Shown one piece after another: positions 59,760 through 60,685 of a stretch of DNA of 60,685 nt. Within the stretch, counting starts at the first letter, position 1, and every line of letters starts with the position of its first letter. Made by a program: the position numbers and the translations under genes. The stretch is from Candidatus Babeliales bacterium (GTDB lineage Bacteria; Babelota; Babeliae; Babelales; JABCYS01). The DNA is taken from positions 156,168 to 216,852 of the forward strand of contig JAFGJD010000005.1 in the NCBI GenBank assembly GCA_016929235.1, written 5' to 3'. The notes beneath the pieces were generated by a model. That model searched no databases. It was given only the letters and a program-made list of their open reading frames with translations, and was not told the origin of the DNA.

Positions 59760-60596
59760 ATGGCAAAGTACATTGTGAAAGCATCAGGCGACAAAGAACT
59801 ATTTAGTGCGCAAAAATTTGAGCGATCATTGCGTCGTGCAGGCGCAGACAAAGCACTAATCAAGCAGCTAACCGCTAAGGTCCTGAAGCAACCAGACCTT
59901 AATACCACAAAAAAAATCTATTCATACGCATACAAAAAACTCAAACGAGACTACCCACCTATTGCGGCACGGTACAATCTTAAATCGGCAATCGTGGACC
60001 TGGGACCAACTGGATTTCCATTCGAGTATTTTGTCGCAGAAATATTTCGAGCGAAAGGCTATACAGCACATGTTGATCAGGTACTTACCGGCAAATGCGT
60101 TGATCATGAAGTTGATATTGTGCTCGAGAAGGATAACAAGCATTTCATGGTCGAATGCAAGTTCCACAAAGGTCGCATGAAATCTGACGTCAAAACTCCA
60201 CTATACATCAAGGCACGATTCGATGACGTCACCCAAGCCCAAGGTTCCAAAAATAACAAGCATAAGCTAGATCAAGCAATTGTTGTTACCAACACAAAGT
60301 TCACAAGTGTTGCTGATCGTTATGGAACATGCGCCGGCATGCAGATGATCAGTTGGTCACGACCAAAAGGCGCAACGCTCGCGCGCATGATCGACGAGGA
60401 GGGTTTACACCCCATCACGGCGCTTACATCACTTACTAATAAACAAAAGAAAGAGCTCATCGATCGTGGACTGATCTTGTGCAAAGACATTAAAACCAAC
60501 ACAAAACTACTTCATGCAGCACGACTCAGCACCACGAAAATTGAGCAAGTTATGAATGAAGCAACGTCAATCTGTGAACTTGGAGCGATTGACTAG
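59760..60596 (+). CDS. ATP-cone domain + Mrr-like PD-(D/E)xK restriction endonuclease domain protein
   Basis: IVKASGDKELFSAQK (ATP cone); GFPFE, HEVDIV, VECKFH and VTNTKFT. Confidence 0.85.
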   Translation: MAKYIVKASGDKELFSAQKFERSLRRAGADKALIKQLTAKVLKQPDLNTTKKIYSYAYKKLKRDYPPIAARYNLKSAIVDLGPTGFPFEYFVAEIFRAKGYTAHVDQVLTGKCVDHEVDIVLEKDNKHFMVECKFHKGRMKSDVKTPLYIKARFDDVTQAQGSKNNKHKLDQAIVVTNTKFTSVADRYGTCAGMQMISWSRPKGATLARMIDEEGLHPITALTSLTNKQKKELIDRGLILCKDIKTNTKLLHAARLSTTKIEQVMNEATSICELGAID

Positions 60597-60685
60597 GAGC
60601 TTCCAATCTATCCATTTACTGAAATTACAAATATGTGCTATGTGATATGCGGGCACGCATTGGGTATCGTGCGATAGGAAAGACA

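Noticed and set aside
1..60685. CRISPR arrays, transposases, integrases, phage genes, rRNA
   Set aside because: None recognised by reading the sequence or the ORF track; subtle repeats could have been missed without computation.

Overview
Bacterial chromosomal segment of about 60.7 kb. It is probably from Candidatus Dependentiae/Babeliae (TM6, intracellular parasites of protists); this placement is my inference from gene content and was not tested. Core genes: rpiB, lolC/E-like, pgk, dnaA, three cell-wall/cysteine hydrolases, tlyA, htrA-like, alpha2-type GlyRS, kup, rplU, mutS, uvrA, tspO and four tRNAs (Arg-CCT, Arg-TCG, His-GTG, Pro-TGG). A ~16.5 kb sugar-nucleotide/glycosyltransferase island (27167-43654) sits inside a same-strand array of paralogous exported proteins that each carry two signal-peptide-like segments in tandem. 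The best candidate novel system is a 915-aa multi-pass membrane protein with GAF-like, degenerate sigma54-type AAA+ and HTH domains, encoded head-to-head with an unannotated 26-aa peptide gene (MKFLQFAASLCFYALTFFEVMPPGGG) that has a structured 3' region; this suggests a peptide signal/receptor pair. Other highlights: a signal-peptide-bearing MutS-like ATPase flanked by two paralogous membrane proteins, an exported protein with three PPxY motifs, an exported atypical kinase-like protein, and a UvrA lacking its insertion domain.
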